From positions 1-41,154 of IMG/VR virus record IMGVR_UViG_3300019458_000063: a stretch of 41,154 nt of DNA; one strand, given 5' to 3'. Positions within the stretch are counted from its first letter, which is position 1; the number at the start of each line of letters is the position of its first letter. The DNA comes from a virus. Made by a program: the position numbers and the translations under genes. The notes beneath the pieces were generated by a model. The model saw only the letters and a list, made by a program, of their open reading frames with translations, had not been told where the DNA came from and did no database searches. Positions 40,647 through 41,154 of the stretch are shown here, piece after piece.

Positions 40647-40984
40647 CCAAGCGATTATGTACACACCCAGGATGCAATACAGTCAGTGAGCACAAGCGTT
40701 GCGACAAGCACCATCGTGAATCACAAAGGGCCAACGATCGCAGGAGACCACGAGCGGATCAGCGAGGATACACCAGCGCACGCTGGCGCAGGTTGAGGCT
40801 GATAGTATTGGAGCGTGACCACTACCTATGCCAAGCGTTGGGTTGCAACCGTGCGGCGACAGAGGTCGATCACATTGTTCCTATCGCCGATGGTCGAGAC
40901 CCGTGCGCGTACGAGACATCGGAGCTGCAATCGCTGTGCAAGGCGTGCCATGCGCGCAAGACGAGAAGCGAGTCGTGTACATGA
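40643..40984 (+). CDS. HNH endonuclease (terminase-associated type)
   Basis: CTHPGC...RCDKHH, plus ERDHYLCQALGC...EVDHIVPI...NLQSLCKACHARKT-like motifs. Across the circular junction it lies upstream of terS/terL. Confidence 0.85.
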   Translation: MTKRLCTHPGCNTVSEHKRCDKHHRESQRANDRRRPRADQRGYTSARWRRLRLIVLERDHYLCQALGCNRAATEVDHIVPIADGRDPCAYETSELQSLCKACHARKTRSESCT

Positions 40985-41095
40985 AGGGTAGACGAAAGGA
41001 TTGTGCATATGGGGGGTGGATGATGCCACTACCCCCCCCATCGGTGGGTAGGGGGCGCGGATTGTGGGCCAAAAAGTCGCAAAACCATCCGTAAA

Positions 41096-41154
41096 AGCTT
41101 ACACGTTTTTTCAAGGGTTACGTTGAATGAGCGCGCAACCCCTTACAGCGCTGC
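41096..41154. repeat. Terminal direct overlap, identical to 1..59
   Basis: Verbatim copy of the first 59 nt. Confidence 0.95.

Overview
The window is a complete, GC-rich, siphovirus-like dsDNA phage (or excised prophage) genome. It was assembled as a circle: the first 59 nt recur verbatim at 41096..41154, so the unique length is 41,095 bp.

Gene layout, in order:
- **DNA-modification trio (32-2049, +):** a ParB-like protein, a TcmP-like methyltransferase-fold protein and a DUF5131 (Gp37/Gp68) three-Cys protein.
- **HK97-type packaging, head and tail module (1967-18516, +):** terS, terL, portal, prohead protease, major capsid, connector proteins, major tail protein, G/GT tail chaperone, tape measure and tail-tip genes. 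The module ends in three tandem paralogs and an AT-richer island encoding Cys-rich proteins.
- **Leftward operon of eight small genes (21188-18599, -).**
- **Switch region (about 21.8 kb):** two overlapping back-to-back sigma70-like promoters and a leaderless XRE-family regulator.
- **Rightward replication and DNA-metabolism module (22.2-31.6 kb):** SNF2 helicase, AEP primase-polymerase, UvrD-like helicase, VRR-NUC nuclease, a second ParB-like protein and a Dam-class methylase.
- **Cargo block (31.6-39 kb):** a 599-aa unknown protein, small zinc-finger proteins, an S8 subtilase, a di-haem cytochrome c peroxidase and membrane or secreted proteins.
- **Three further structural-looking genes and a terminase-associated HNH endonuclease (39.1-41.0 kb).**

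I recognised no integrase, tRNA, CRISPR array or endolysin.

The most unusual signal is in the spacers of the leftward small-gene operon. They carry a modular repeat, and three copies have the order, spacing and core sequences of a type-I hammerhead ribozyme: CUGAnGA, hairpin, GAAA, hairpin, UC, with closing flanks. The other spacers hold deletion remnants of the same element. Every gene in the operon is preceded by the same leader.

Other points of note:
- Two genes have broken reading frames: the tail chaperone (mid-domain) and the Dam methylase (N-terminus, at UUU-C).
- The G/GT junction has a canonical A-AAA-AAC slippery site.
- 9-nt iterons lie at the primase/helicase junction.
- An ~82-nt promoter-like element occurs twice.
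- A promoter-leader-terminator unit sits upstream of the rightward early genes.

All calls come from reading the sequence and from motif memory. No searches or computations were run.
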